Assembly (NCBI RefSeq): GCF_963921235.1
Contig: NC_086100.1
Location: forward strand, 127,102,001 to 127,166,000
Direction of reading: 5' to 3'
Length of the DNA stretch: 64,000 nt
Source of the DNA: Mobula hypostoma
Taxonomy: Eukaryota
This document shows, piece by piece, positions 39,734 through 52,693 of the stretch. The translations under genes and the position numbers were made by a program. Position 1 is the stretch's first letter; every line of letters begins with the position of its first letter. Below the pieces are notes generated by a model that worked only from the letters and a program-made list of their open reading frames with translations, made no database searches and was not told where the DNA came from.

Positions 39734-40810
39734 TACTAAATCAGTGCAAACGCGTAGTGCAGATAATTGACTGCTTTCAAACAATGTTTTGGGCAATTGC
39801 ATCTGCCAAATCTTCATTTTTATTGCAACATTCAAGATGATTCAAATTCTTCATAATTTCTAGCTTTCTGAAGCAGTGAAATCATTTCCTTTTCACTCTG
39901 TTTCTGGCATTTCCAAACTCGAATGCTTGAAACTGTGGTGAGCAAGACAGTTTCACATTATCTGCTGCTTATTTCTTCCCAACTAACAGTGAGAAAAATC
40001 ACTGCTTTTTGAAAACAAACACATGCAATTGATGCTATTTAAAAACTGTTTGCTTTAAGTACAGTGTAGTGTCAAATTGCCGCACAAGTGCACGTGACTG
40101 ATGCTAATTAGAGCTCACCAGTCAGCTGTATTTTTTATATGACCAAGTGCGGCCTGAGGTCAGACACCTCCAGGGACCTGTGGACACAAATTCTCATCAG
40201 TGTGGCAAACTGAAGTGTAGCGGGAGACGGTACACTGGGACAGCAAAAAAGGCTGTCGAAGGTCTCTGCTCTTGGGAGAGTTCGTGCTCTCTTCCTCGGT
40301 GGTGAGCGAGAGTTTGCTGCTGATTCTCGAGTAAAACTCAAAATAACAAGGGAGACTTCAGTCTGTGACTGTAACATTGAAACAGCAACTGTCTCCCCTC
40401 TCCCTGTGGAGGGAGTGATATCTTTCTCTCCCTTGTTAGTGAGATTGAGAGCCTGAGGGTTGTTGAATTGTCGGAATGAACTGTTAGCTTTTGATGTACT
40501 GTAGACCATGGTCTCTCTTTGGGGGCTTTTTTTTCGCTCCCAAATGTGTATTGTAAACATTCTCTGATATTAAATGGAACCATTGAACCATTGAAATAAA
40601 CAAAGGGAATCCTGGCTATCTTCTTGATTATTTCTGTTCTTCAAGAGTTGTCCAAGTAAGTGGCAGTCCCAATTAACCGATAGTCCAATTAACTGAAACC
40701 ACTGTATTTAAAAATAAAACAAATATTTTTTTCTCTATAGCTGCTGCCTGACCTATGCAGTATTTCAGCATTTTCTGATTTTATTTTGGACATGCGGCAT
40801 TGATTGATAT

Positions 40811-43800
40811 TGTTACGTAACCGGCAACAATGAATATTAATCGAGACAGGTTTTATGAAAACAACCAAACATTTATTAAACACATATAAACGATAAGCGA
40901 AAAAAAACAAAGGAAAACTTTGACCGGAGGTTAAACAGGTACGCAGCCGTTCATCAACTCCACTCGGCTCTGGCTCTTAAAGCATTAAATGCGAAAACAG
41001 TTCTTAAAGTGATACAGTCAGATATAGTTCTTAAAGCAATAACTTCGAAAGTCCAACAGTTTTACACATTTAATTGGGAGACACTTCTCTGGAGAAAGAT
41101 TTCTTCACCGACGCACTTTTACTGCTGGTTCCATCCACAGGATTCCCGATGCCGAAAATAAACAGTTTAAATCAACTGACCTTAAATTCCTTTAGAGAGA
41201 GCCTTTCTGCATGAACTCATTGCGCTATTGCAAGAGTTATCTCAATGCAGATTCTCTTCAACGAAGACTCAATAAGTTTGATCCTTTATCAAACTGCCAA
41301 ACGATGCCGACTTCTCTCCATCCTTCACTTCGATGAATTCTTCACTCTCCCTTCAAAACTGTCGGAATTGAGTAAATTGGCACTTCCAGCCACAAATTTC
41401 CAATCCAAATACAATACCTTGTAAGAGAACACACCTTCCGTTTTAAAAATGAAACTGCGTCACAAAAACAAACACGCAACAGAAACGGAGGCACAGCACG
41501 TTCTACCTGGAAACCTACAAACTCAAAATCCCTGCTGCGTCACCTGAGTCGACCCTTATATAGTCACGGGGCACATGTCATCACGTGATTTCACAACGGC
41601 AGGAAAATCACATCAGGTGACCTCCAAAAGACCATTACATCATTCTCACAAAAAAAAACAGATCTCCTTGAGCATGTAACACCTCCCTCCAAAAAAACAT
41701 TTTTGGTCTCTTGAAGAACAAAAATTTAACAATTTATACAAAAAAATATAAAGGTATAAAATTTACAAAATACACAATATATACAATCTTATCTTTCAGC
41801 CCTTTACAAACTAATGTACAGTAGGAGTGTTACAAATGATAAAATATCACTCTGAAAAAAACCAAATTTTCATTGTACATTTAACATCTAGACAAACAGT
41901 CAGCCATCACATTATCTTCACCCTTGATACGAGTGATCAAAATATTGTACTCCTGTAACATTAAACTGGATTATTAAATTGGAGTTTAATTTCCTTAACC
42001 GCTCTTCCTTAACAGTCACAGTAGCAACCTCTCTCTCATAACAAGGTTTTATCATATTTATATGACACAGCTGTGTTGTCTTTCTCCGATCTGGGGTTTT
42101 TAACCACATAATTCACCTCATTTACTTTAGATTTAATCTCATAAGGACCATGGAATTTGGTTTGTAATGGGTTTGTTTGCACTGGGAGAAGAACCAACAC
42201 CGTATCTCCAGGCTTAAATGACCTCATCCTATCTTCCTTATCATACCACGTTTTCATCTTCTCTTGAGCTAACTTTAAATTTTCCTTGGCTAAACTACAA
42301 GCTTTGTACAATCTCTCTTTAAATTTCAAAACATAATCTAACAAACTAGTGTGTACTTCTTTATTAATCCACTGTTCCTTCAACAAAGCCAAAGGTCCTC
42401 GAATTCTATGTCCAAACACAAATTCAAAAGGACTAAAACCTAATGATTCCTGTACTGCCTCCCTTACTGCAAAAAGTAGTAAATGTATGCCTTCATCCCA
42501 ATCCTTTTCATTTTCTACACAATATGTCCTAATCATAGTTTTTAGTGTAGAATGAAATCTCTCCAAAGCTCCTTGTGATTCTAGATGATAGGCTGAGGAA
42601 ATAATCTGCTTTGCTCCCAGTTTATAAACTATCTGCTGAAACAACCCAGACATAAAATTACTTCCTTGATCTGATTGTATTTCCTTAGGCAACCCAAAAT
42701 AAGTGAAGAATTTTATAAGAGCCTTTGTCACAGTTTTGGCTGTTATATTCCTAAGAGGTATTGCCTCTGGAAACCTAGATGCTGTGCACATAATAGTTAA
42801 TAAATATTGATGTCCAGTTTTAGATTTTAGCAAAGGACCTACACAGTCTACAATGATTTTTGAAAATGGCTCACCAAATACAGGAATTGATTGCAGTGGA
42901 GCCACTGGAGTAACCTGATTAGGTTTACCAACAATTTGACATGTATGACACATTCTACAAAATGTTGCCACATCTTGTCTTAAACTAGGCCAATAAAAAG
43001 GTTTAGAAACTTTGTTCATAGTTTTCTTTACCCTTAAATGACCACCCAAAGGAATACTATGAGCCATAGTCAAAATCTCATTTCGGTAAATTTTAGGAAC
43101 AACAACCTGATGATTAACTTCCCATTCCTCACTAGCAGGAATTGTAGGTGATCTCCACTTTCTCATTAATACCCCCTTTTCAAAATAATATCCAAATGGT
43201 ACTTTTCCAATTTCACTATCTGGAAGAGCTTGTTCTTTTAATTTAACTATCTCAGGATCCCTACCCTGCTCTGCTATCATCTCCTTCCGAGATAAAGACA
43301 AATCTTCCTGATCAGACTTACCACCAGAATCCTGATCAAATAAGGTAGGTAAGAAAGTTTCTGATACATGCTCAAAATTCAAATCTTGATTTGAACTGTC
43401 ATGGGTAACAACCACATCCTTTACATCAGTCTTTTTAGCCATAGCTCTTGTTACAACACAGGAAGAATCTGTGTTAGAATCCCTCTGTGGTTCCTCAGAA
43501 TTTGAATTTATTGTCAAATGCACTTCAGGAAAAACTTGTCCACCTGCTAAATCATTCCCTAACAAAAGAGAAATATCATTCACAGGTAAACTGGATTGTA
43601 GTCCTACTTTAACAACCCCTGTAACTAATCCTGACCTTAAATTTACTCTATGTAAATGTATTGGCATAAGGGCACTCCCTACTCCTCTTATATAATTTAC
43701 CTCACCAGTGTCAGACTCATCACTAAACCTTAACACACTATCTAATATTAGTGATTGTGAAGCTCCAGTATCTCTAAGGATCCTTATCGGTACTGCATTA

Positions 43801-44837
43801 GATCCTTCTTTCAAGGATACAAATCCTTCTGTTATAAAAGCCTCATATCCCTTCTTAACTTGATCAGGCTCTGACACATATTGATTAATATTTTCTAAAC
43901 CCCGTGGTTTTACAGGTTTTCCAATATGCTGCACACAAGCATCTGGGGCCACTTCTTGCTCTTTCCGTTTCAATCCGAAGCAGTTAGCTACTACATGTCC
44001 AGGTTTCTTACAATAATTACAAATAATACCAAAATGTCTTTCCTTCACAGGTCTCCCTTCATCCTTACTTTTCTCACTAACTTCAAATTTAATTTCCGAT
44101 TTACCTTGACTCTCTGTGCTAGTTTTCCTTCTAAAAAATTTATCTGGAGAAATTTTTTTTCTAGGTAAAAAAAATTACCTAGAATTTTTTTTTTAGGTAA
44201 AATTCTACCTAATTTTAGAATTAGGTAGAATTCTAAAATTCTACCTAATTTAGAATTAAAACATACTAATGTTTACTGCTGGTTCCATCCACAGGAATCT
44301 CGATGCTGAAAATAAACAGTTTAAATCAACTGATCTTAAATTCCTTTTGAGAGAGAGCCTTTGTGCATGAACTCATTGCGCTATTGCAAGAGTTATCTCA
44401 ATGCAGCTTCTCTTCAACAAAGTCTCAATAAGGTCGATCCTTTATTAAACTGCCAAACGATGCCGACTTCTCTCCATCCTTCACTTCGATGAATTCTTCA
44501 CTCTCCCTTCAAAACTGTCGGAATTGAGTAAATTGGCACTTCCAGCCACAAATTTCCAATCCAAATACAATACCTTGTAAGAGAACGCACCTTCCGTTTT
44601 AAAAAATGAAACTGCGTCACAAAAACAAACACGCAACAGAAACGGAGGCACAACACGTTCTACCTGGAAATCTACAAACTCAAAAACCTACTGCGTCACC
44701 TGGGTCGACCCTTATATAGTCACGGGGCACATGTCATCACGTGATTTCACATTGGCGGGAAAATCTCATCAGGTGACCTCCAAAAGACCATTACATCATT
44801 CTCACAAAAAAAACCAAATCTCCTTGAGCATGTAACA
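40811..44837 (-). mobile_element. Gmr1-type Gypsy LTR retrotransposon, internally deleted
   Basis: 3' LTR 40811-41681, PPT GGAGGGAGG, partial 5' LTR about 44272-44837, TSD ATAT. ORF 42036-44048 has a CCHC knuckle, protease LRDTGA and integrase (HHCC, DCVG, SDQG, ERFH), followed by the RNase H C-terminus DNVMADCLSRC*. Confidence 0.93.
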
Positions 44838-45779
44838 ATATAGATGAGCCTAATGCATGCCTCACTCTCAAACATCCATCATAATCATTGAAATGTGATC
44901 AACATAAAGAAATTGGGTTTGACTTTTACCCTCCCGTGCTCTAGGATGTTGAGGACAGTTAATACTCATAGAAAAGGAAGAAATGAAAGTGAAGGATACC
45001 ACAAAAGCCCCATTAAAAAATGTACTTACCTATTTCTTCTGTGGTATCTGAAACCACAGATCTGTGTTTGTTTTAACTTTTCTAAATTATTATTCCAGCC
45101 ATAGTTCAGAATTCCCTGAAATTCCAGTACAGTATTTTGTAACAGTTGAATTTTATCTAGGTAGGTGAGATACTCTATCTGTTAACAGTCTCAATTTCAG
45201 ACATTTGTAAGCAGGCATGAAAAATGCTGCTATCTGCAGTTGCATCTCCCACAGCAATGGATGAGTTTAAAAAATTGTGTCGAAATAACAGATCGTTTTG
45301 GCTACTGTATGAAAAGGAAAATAGAAACCAGTTATAGTTAGAGGGTAGAGTAAACTTTAAACAGAAGACAGATGACTTTCCTAAGAGAGGTTGGTTTTTA
45401 CATTCACATTGTAATCCTGACAAAGCAATGGGACATCTGAATTTCAATTATCCAGTTGACAACCAATACACAGACTACATAGAACATAGCTGGCTGGAGT
45501 ATTGTGATGTATCAGGTGATTTATTTTTGACAATTTTTTTCAATTTCCTAATACCGTCCAACATAAAGCAAAAGTTGACGTGACAATCTGTTTCTTACAG
45601 GTCCTCCCCAACTTACAAGCATATGGCTTATAATATGTCCTAGCATTTGGGAGAATGGTAAGATAGATTTTCCAGCTGCTGTAGATTAGTATGTGTCTTT
45701 TGCCATTTGAGAATTCAGTTCACAGCCGCATTGCCAATAGTTCATAGGAATGGAACCTGATATGCTTTGTACCTCCATA

Positions 45780-45994
45780 AACTTAGTGAAAGAATAACAC
45801 AGGACCCTGGGAATAAACATTGGTACTTCATTTTTGCTTCTTAGTGAGGCACTGACATATGAACTGATGGTGTAATGACATATGCCATTCACATACTTTT
45901 ACATACAGTATAGCCCATAATGAATGGGTAAACAACAAAGAATGCTTAATTAAACAATATATTTACAATATTACTGAAATATTAAATACACAAC
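45780..45994 (-). mobile_element. Solo LTR related to the 48987-52677 element
   Basis: Shares TTAAACAATATAT...TACTGAAATATTAAATACACAACA terminus with that element's LTRs. Confidence 0.6.
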
Positions 45995-46224
45995 AGAACC
46001 CTGCCGTAACCAGGTAAGGAGCTGTACTTAATATTCAAGGATTACAGAAAGTCTTCTTTTCCTACCGAAATGTCTGCTCTGCCTCTAATAGGTCCTTTCT
46101 TCAAGTAACTAGGTAGATATCAGGATTCACAATAATATGAGGACTTTCCTGGGTGTTCCTGTTTTGTATTGTAGCAAAAATTCAAAGTACAAAGTAAATT
46201 TATTATCAAAGTACATATATGTCA

Positions 46225-46575
46225 CATATGCCCTTTTCTCACTGTTACCATCAGGAAGGAGGTACAGAAGCCTGAAGGCACACACTCAGCAATTCAGGAA
46301 CAGCTTCTTCCCCTCTGCCATCTGATTCCTAAATGGACATTGAACCCTTGAACACTACCTCACTTTTTTTAATATAATATTTCTGTTTTTGCACACTTTT
46401 AAAATCTATTCAATATACGTAATTGATTTACTTGTTTATTTATTATTATGATGCTTTATTTTATTTATTATTATTTTTTTTCTCTCTGCTAGATTATGTA
46501 TTGCATTGAACTGCTGCTGCTAAGTTAACAAATTTCACGTCATGTGCCAGTGATAATAAACCTGATTGTGAATCT
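46225..46575 (+). mobile_element. Rex/Babar-like LINE 3' tail
   Basis: ALFSLLPSGRRYRSLKAHTQQFRNSFFP; AATAAACCTGATT tail. Confidence 0.75.
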
Positions 46576-46629
46576 GAGATTCATTTTTATTTATTTACCA
46601 TTACCACTCTGCTGAATTATACCCATGAG

Positions 46630-46805
46630 ACCATTAACCCACTAACCCCCGTGTTTTTGGAATGTGGGAGGAAACCGGAGTATCCAGAGGAAATCCACGC
46701 AGTCACAGAGATAACGTACAAACTCCTCATAGACAGTAGTGGAAATTGAATCCCGATCGCTGGCACTGAAGCAGCATTACGGTATCAACTAAACTGCAGT
46801 GTCAC
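46630..46805 (-). mobile_element. V-SINE-like tRNA-derived SINE
   Basis: GGGAGGAAACCGGAG..GAGGAAATCCACGCAG core typical of V-SINEs. Confidence 0.65.
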
Positions 46806-46809
46806 CCCA

Positions 46810-48070
46810 GAGGAAAACAAAGAAATATAATAGAATTAACTAAAAACTACGAAGACTGACAAACAACCAATGTGTAAAAGAAGACAAGCTACATCTTCTT
46901 TAAGAAAATAAGTAAACAATTAAATAAATAAATAACACTGAGCGCATGAGTTGAAGAGTCCCTGAAAGTGATTCCATAGGTTGTAGAATCAATTCAGAGT
47001 TGAGGCGAGTGAATTTATCCATGCCTGTTCAGAAGCTTAATGGCCGTAGAGTAATAACTGTTCCTGAACCTGGTGCTGTGGGACCTGAGGCTTCTGTCCC
47101 TCCTTCCTGATGGCAGCAGCGAGAAGAGGGTATGGCCTGGATGGTGAGTGTGCAGGATGATAGATGCTGCTCTCTTGTGGCAGCGCTTTTTTTTAGATGT
47201 GCTTAGTAGTGTGGAGAGCTTCGCCTGTGATGGACTGGGCTGTATCCACCACTTTTTGTAGACTTTTCCATTCTTGGGCATTGCTGTTTCCATACCAAGT
47301 TGTGATGCACCTAGTCAGGGGACTCTCCACAGTGCATCTATAGAAGTTTGTTGAAGTTTTAGATGAGATGCCGAAGCTGTGCAAACTTCCAAGAAAGTAG
47401 AGGCACTAACATGCCTTCCTTGTAATAGCACTTACGTGCTGGACCCAGAACAGATCCTCCTTGATAACACCAAGGCGTTTAGTCACTGACCCTCTTCCCC
47501 AATGAGGACTGGCTCATGGACCTCCCACCAATGTAGTAAGTAAATAATCAGCTCTTTGGTTTTGTTGATGTTGAGTGAGAGGTGGTTGTTTTGGCACTAT
47601 TTGGCATTGGAGATGTACTTAGTCACATAGTGGTAGGTATAAAGCGAGTAGCACAGGGGGCTAAGCACAGAGCCTTGTTATACCCCTATGTTGATGGAGA
47701 TTGTGGAGGGGATGTTGCCAATCTGCCCTGACTGGAGTCTGCAAGTGAGGAAATCGGACCTGGGTCTTAGAGCTTAGTGATTAGTTTCAAGGGATGATGG
47801 TATTGAATGCTGAGCTGAAGTCTATGAAGAGCATCCTGATGAATGTAACTTCATTGTCCAGATGTCCCAGGGTTGAGTGAAGAGCCAATGAAATGGCATT
47901 TGCCAACGATCTATTGTGACGGTAGACAAATTGGATCAGATCCAAGTTATTCCTCAGGCAGGAGTTGATACGTTTCATGAGCAACCTCTCAAAGTACTTC
48001 ATCATAGTGGATGTAAGTGCTGCTGGATGATAGTCATTCAGGTGGGTCACCACGTTCTTCTTGGTAACAT
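46810..48070 (-). mobile_element. Rex/Babar-like LINE RT/3' fragment
   Basis: LNDYHPAALTSTMMKYFERL, FIDFSSAFNTIIP, HHPGHTLFSLLPSGRR. Confidence 0.85.
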
Positions 48071-49611
48071 CCAAAATAGATATATTTTCTAAATCTTGTC
48101 ATCATCTTAAGTCACTTATGGGGTTGGGAGCGATAATAAATCAGTCATGATTGAATGGCAGAGCAGGCTGAATGGGCTGAATGATTTAATTCTGCTCCTC
48201 TGTCTTATTTTCTTATGGTGTGATAAATATCATCTGAACCATCAAATGAGATTAATGGTGCATGATTACTTTGCCATTGTCCAGGATAGTCCATGTAACT
48301 AATCAATGCAACTGTATGACAGAATTAAAGCCAAAGTTTGGTTTTGCAAAGTCATTAAGTGGGATAGTCTGCTCCACATTTTTGCATCAGCACTTAAAGC
48401 TCCAGAGAAACATCAGAGCAAGCATTTCCTTTCATGATGAAGAATCTGAACGATACTCTGATTTCCTACTGTAAATAATAAACAGAATTTTTATTTTAAG
48501 CCAGTTTGGAATCTGTGTGCAAATTACGCTTGAATTGAAGTAGAGTTAAGTGATTTTTTGATTCCCTTTAAAATGTTAGGTGCATGTATAAATCATCAGG
48601 CCTTTCCTGAACTCATTTTAAGTATTAAAAGTGAACTTATATTTCCAGTAATACGTAAGAATACAGTACCTAAAATAATATATTGTTCACTTTTCTGCTT
48701 CCTTTTATGAGAGTAGATTCACAACATGCACATCATCAATTCATAGCCTAGTTTTTGTGAGCAAGTGCTCAGGACTGCTTTCTCCACCACAAACTCAGAC
48801 TGGAAAACTTCCAGATTTATTGACAATGAGATAAACTCCATTCCAGTAAAATAATATTTTTGCCAATTTACAAAAAACATTTGATTTTACCTTGCACAAA
48901 TCATTCACTTTATGCCAAATAATGTTTGATTATTCTTGCCAGTTCAGTGGATAGGAAGTTAATTTTGATTTGATCAATAGTATAAATGTTATGTTTTGTA
49001 ACTTCAAAACATTAAACTAGTTCAAAGAAAGACATGGGAATACAGGTCTTGTTTGAGTTTACCTGAAGTGAGTGTGAACATATCACAACACATGAAATTA
49101 ATGTATTTTACATATAACCAATAATTATTTATTTAAATGAACATGAATGTTCAATTAAACAATATAGGCATAGTTTTAAGGTGCTTAGAAGTAGTTTCAG
49201 AGGGGATGTCAGGGGTAAGTTTTTCACGCAGAGATTGGTGGGTGCGTGGAATGCACTGCTGACGACAGTAGTGGAGGCAAGTACATTAGGGTCTTTTAAG
49301 AGACTCTTAGATAGGTACATGGAGCGTAGAAAAATAGAGGGCTATGCAGTAGGGTAATTCTGGGCAGTTTCTAGAGTAGGTTACATAGTCGGCATAACAT
49401 TGTGGGCCAAAGGGCCTGTAATGTGCTTTAGATTTTTATGTTCTATGTTAATATATACGCAAGATTACTCAAATACTATTGAATTATTAAATACACAACA
49501 CTCCTCCCTGTTTAGCTATAAGCTCCAACTCAATAGAGAATGCATCTGAACTATATACACAGTATATTATATAATATAAATGCTATATACAGACATTAAC
49601 AGCATATAAGA

Positions 49612-49891
49612 CCATGGATCTGTGCCTGGAAAGTCTTCACTCTCCAGGGCGCAGGCCTGGGCAAGGTTGTATGGAAGACCAGCAGTTGCCCATGCTGCAA
49701 GTCTCCCCTCTCCACGACACCAATGTTGTCCAAGTGAAGGGCATTAGGACCCATACAGCTTGGCACCAGTGTTGTCGCAGAACAATGTGTGATTAAGTGC
49801 CTTGCTCAGGGACACAACGCGTTCCCTCGGCTGGGGCTCGATCTCAAGACCTTCTGGTCATTAGTCCAATGCCTTAACCACTTGGCCACGT
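49612..49891 (-). mobile_element. tRNA-derived SINE
   Basis: Head GTGGCCAAGTGGTTAAGGC (A box) and GATCGAGCCC (degenerate B box). Confidence 0.7.
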
Positions 49892-50111
49892 GGCAAAGTA
49901 AATTTCAAATTGTCCCATTCAGGCCTAAAGACTTAATTGCTGTGGAAGATTTCTTACTGATGTGTGATTAAATCATTCCTGACAACGGGGATCACTCTGC
50001 TTGGCAGGAGAGACATGTGGCTGTGAAACAGTCTCAGGTTCTGCCTCCTCTGTGGAGGTTGTAGGAGTGGACTCTGAGACTGCAAGAAGTGGTTCTGACA
50101 GCTAAGGATAC

Positions 50112-50995
50112 TTCCTTTTCTCTCTCCAGATCTACTTTGATCCCTTTCTTTTACTTCTCATGTTCCTTCTGTCTTTCACACCTTTCACATTCTTTCTCTC
50201 CATCACTTCCCTCCTATCTCTTCTTCTAATTTGTGCATCTTGATCTTGGGAAGGTCCATTTAGTTGACCGGAGTATTCTCTTATCAATCCTTCTATTGCT
50301 CCCCTTATGATCTGACCTCTCCTCTTGGTTTCCTCATCCACAAAAAGATTTGAGGAATCCTCTGTCTTCACATCTCTACTGACTCCTTTCCTTTTGGCCT
50401 TTCATTCATCCAGCTAGGCTTTGGTCTTTCCCCCTCCTGTCTTCTCCTATCACTTTGGATCTCCCCCTCCCCCTTCCACTTTCAAATCTCTTACTAGCTC
50501 TTCCTTCAGTTAGTCCTGGCGAAGGGTCTCGGCCTGAAATGCTGACTGCACCTCTTCCTAGAGATGCTGCCTGGCCTGCTGCGTTCACCACCAACTTTGA
50601 TGTGTGTTGCTTGAATTTCCAGCATCTGCAGAATTCCTCGTATCTGGTCTTTGCATCTACTTTTACAAGTAGCTTTCTGTCTCCCAATTGAAGTTCATGC
50701 AATTACCTTAATACACACAGGGTTCTTTATATTCACAGAAACTGAATGCTTGCAACTTTCTTGAAACTCCTTGAACTCTCCACCAGCTGAAAACCAAGCT
50801 GCATTTCGAAAGTAACTGCATAGCTTTCTCAGATATGTTGCCTACATAAACTTACTGCTTTCATCACGTTCATGATTCCTCTGAGCAACAGGAACCTTTC
50901 TTGATCCAATATGCTTTCCAGACAGTGGCACAGAGGTTGGTGCCAACACCCATTTGTCCTCTGTTGGGCAATGGTTCATGATGTTCGGCATAGTT
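50112..50995 (-). pseudogene. RBM25: Processed RBM25 fragment (N-terminus, RRM, start of the RE-rich region)
   Basis: GKHIGSRK, VYVGNISEKA, KCSLVFSWWRVQGVSRKLQAFSFCEYKEP, LHELQLGDRKLLVKVDAKTKA*LDE*KAK, DEETKRRGQIIRGAIEGLIREYS; intronless, with stops and indels. Confidence 0.9.
50430..50644 (+). mobile_element. Penelope pLTR fragment inserted in the RBM25 retrocopy
   Basis: Matches the 24224-24410 pLTR; 8-bp TSD TGGTCTTT at 50422-50429 and 50645-50652. Confidence 0.88.
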
Positions 50996-52693
50996 CGAGA
51001 TAGTTGTGGCATCATCCAGTATCTTTCTTAATTTGTTTTCAGATGGTTTCATTGCGGAGGATGTGGCATGCAATTGGTGGATGGATCTCCAATCAAGTTA
51101 TAGTCTCAACTAATCACATCCCCACAATGCTGGTCCTTCTGTTTTTACCACATACAAGCTAAATGTGGCTTGTTGGTTGTTGTATTTCACTGTTACAAAT
51201 TTCATTCCCACAGGAGTTATCTTATCTCCAGGATAAGTTCTTAGTTGAATATCTGCAGGCTTCAGTTTGGTATCTTTGAAATGCCGTTCAAAATCATTTT
51301 GTGGAATGACTAAAACAGATGAGCTATTGTTGAATTTCATTTTAATTAATTTGCCATTCACTTCTGGTGTAAGCCATATTGCTTGACTATTGTTAATATT
51401 CACACTGTAAATCTCAGGGCTACACAATCCTGTGTCTCTCTTATCATTATCAGGTTTTTCATCAACAGCATGAAGATGTCTTTTAGAAACTGCAGCTTGA
51501 ACTTTCACCTTTTCTCTTCTCAGTGCAGTCCATTTATTTTTGTCTGCCCGACATGCTCTTTGTATGTAACCTACTTTGTTGTATTTTCAACAAGTTTCAC
51601 ATTTATTTGGTGTATGTGACCCCTGCCACAGCAGTGACACAATTTGTTTGGCCATATCAATTTCAGTTTAGATGATGCAATTTTGTTCACATCCACTTTC
51701 ATTCCTGACTGCCACTCAATTGCGTCTCTGTCTGCAGTTTCCATTGATTCAGCTATTTGCACTGTTCAAATGAGCATTTAGGAGCTGTGTTCAAATGCTT
51801 TCTTGTAAGATCTCACAAACTAAATGAACTCTTAGTGTATCGTTAAGCCCATTGCTGAACTGACAATGCTCAGACAATCGCTTCAATTCAGCCACGTAAG
51901 CTGAAATATACTCCTTTTTGATTCTGCTTATGAAACCTAAAGCATTCTGCAATCAACAATGTCTTTGGTTCTAAGTGTTACTTGGACAATATCATCAAAT
52001 CTAATTTCTCATGGTTTGGTTGGAGCAGTCAAACTTCAAAGCAAATTGTATGCCTTTATACCTAATACACTTAGCAAAATTGGCACTTGCTTCTCATTAT
52101 TTCATTTGCTTTAAAATACAGTTCCAATAGTACAGTATACATGAGCCAGTTAGTCATTGTGTAATCAAACTTATTAATTTTTCTGATGTACCCAGCCATT
52201 TCTGATTTTTTTAAATGATTATTATCACCCAGTACACACTCTTTATGAACCTGTGAGTTCTTCTGTTTTCTGACGTTTGAAAAAAATACTTGGTCGTATC
52301 TTCCCTTCCGAAGACTGTCTCTGCACATACTGGGCTGTTCCACTGTTCCTCTTGCTGCACCTTTTTTAGTTCAAATGACTTGCTCCGCTTTAGACGGTCA
52401 GTAGCCATCTTGGGTTTGTTTTAAAAATGCCTCGTCGACAATTATTGTTTTGTATCTTCAAAACATTAAACTAGTTCAAAGAAAGACACAGAGTCCTGGG
52501 ATATGGGTGTAGATTGAGTTTACTTTAAGCAAGGTCTGCATGTAGTATGATGACATATGCAATTAACGTATTTTTACATATAACCCATAATTAATTATTT
52601 AAATGAACATGAATGTTTAATCAAACAATATATTTAGAAACTTACCTGAACACTACTGAAATATTAAATGCACAGCAATTTCTATATACATTT

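Larger units (their letters stand above)
37420..40704. mobile_element. Fragmented Tigger/Tc-mariner-like DNA element hosting nested insertions
   Basis: CCCAATTAA-type subterminal repeats at 37420-37500 and 40650-40704 ending CCACTG-TA; intervening pieces at about 38040-38120 and 39734-40110. Confidence 0.55.
48987..52677 (-). mobile_element. Gypsy LTR retrotransposon carrying an RBM25 fragment in place of RT/RNaseH/IN
   Basis: Paired LTRs at about 52445-52677 and 48987-49500 (the latter split by CR1 at 49166-49448); PBS-like TGTCGACGAGG; PPT GGGAGGAG; gag MAGYIRKINKFD; protease region WLTPEVNGKLIKM..GPALWG; pol C-terminal tail at about 49920-50110. Confidence 0.88.

Noticed and set aside
50112..50995. 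Functional RBM25 gene
   Set aside because: In-frame stops, indels, a Penelope insertion, and no PWI domain or introns.
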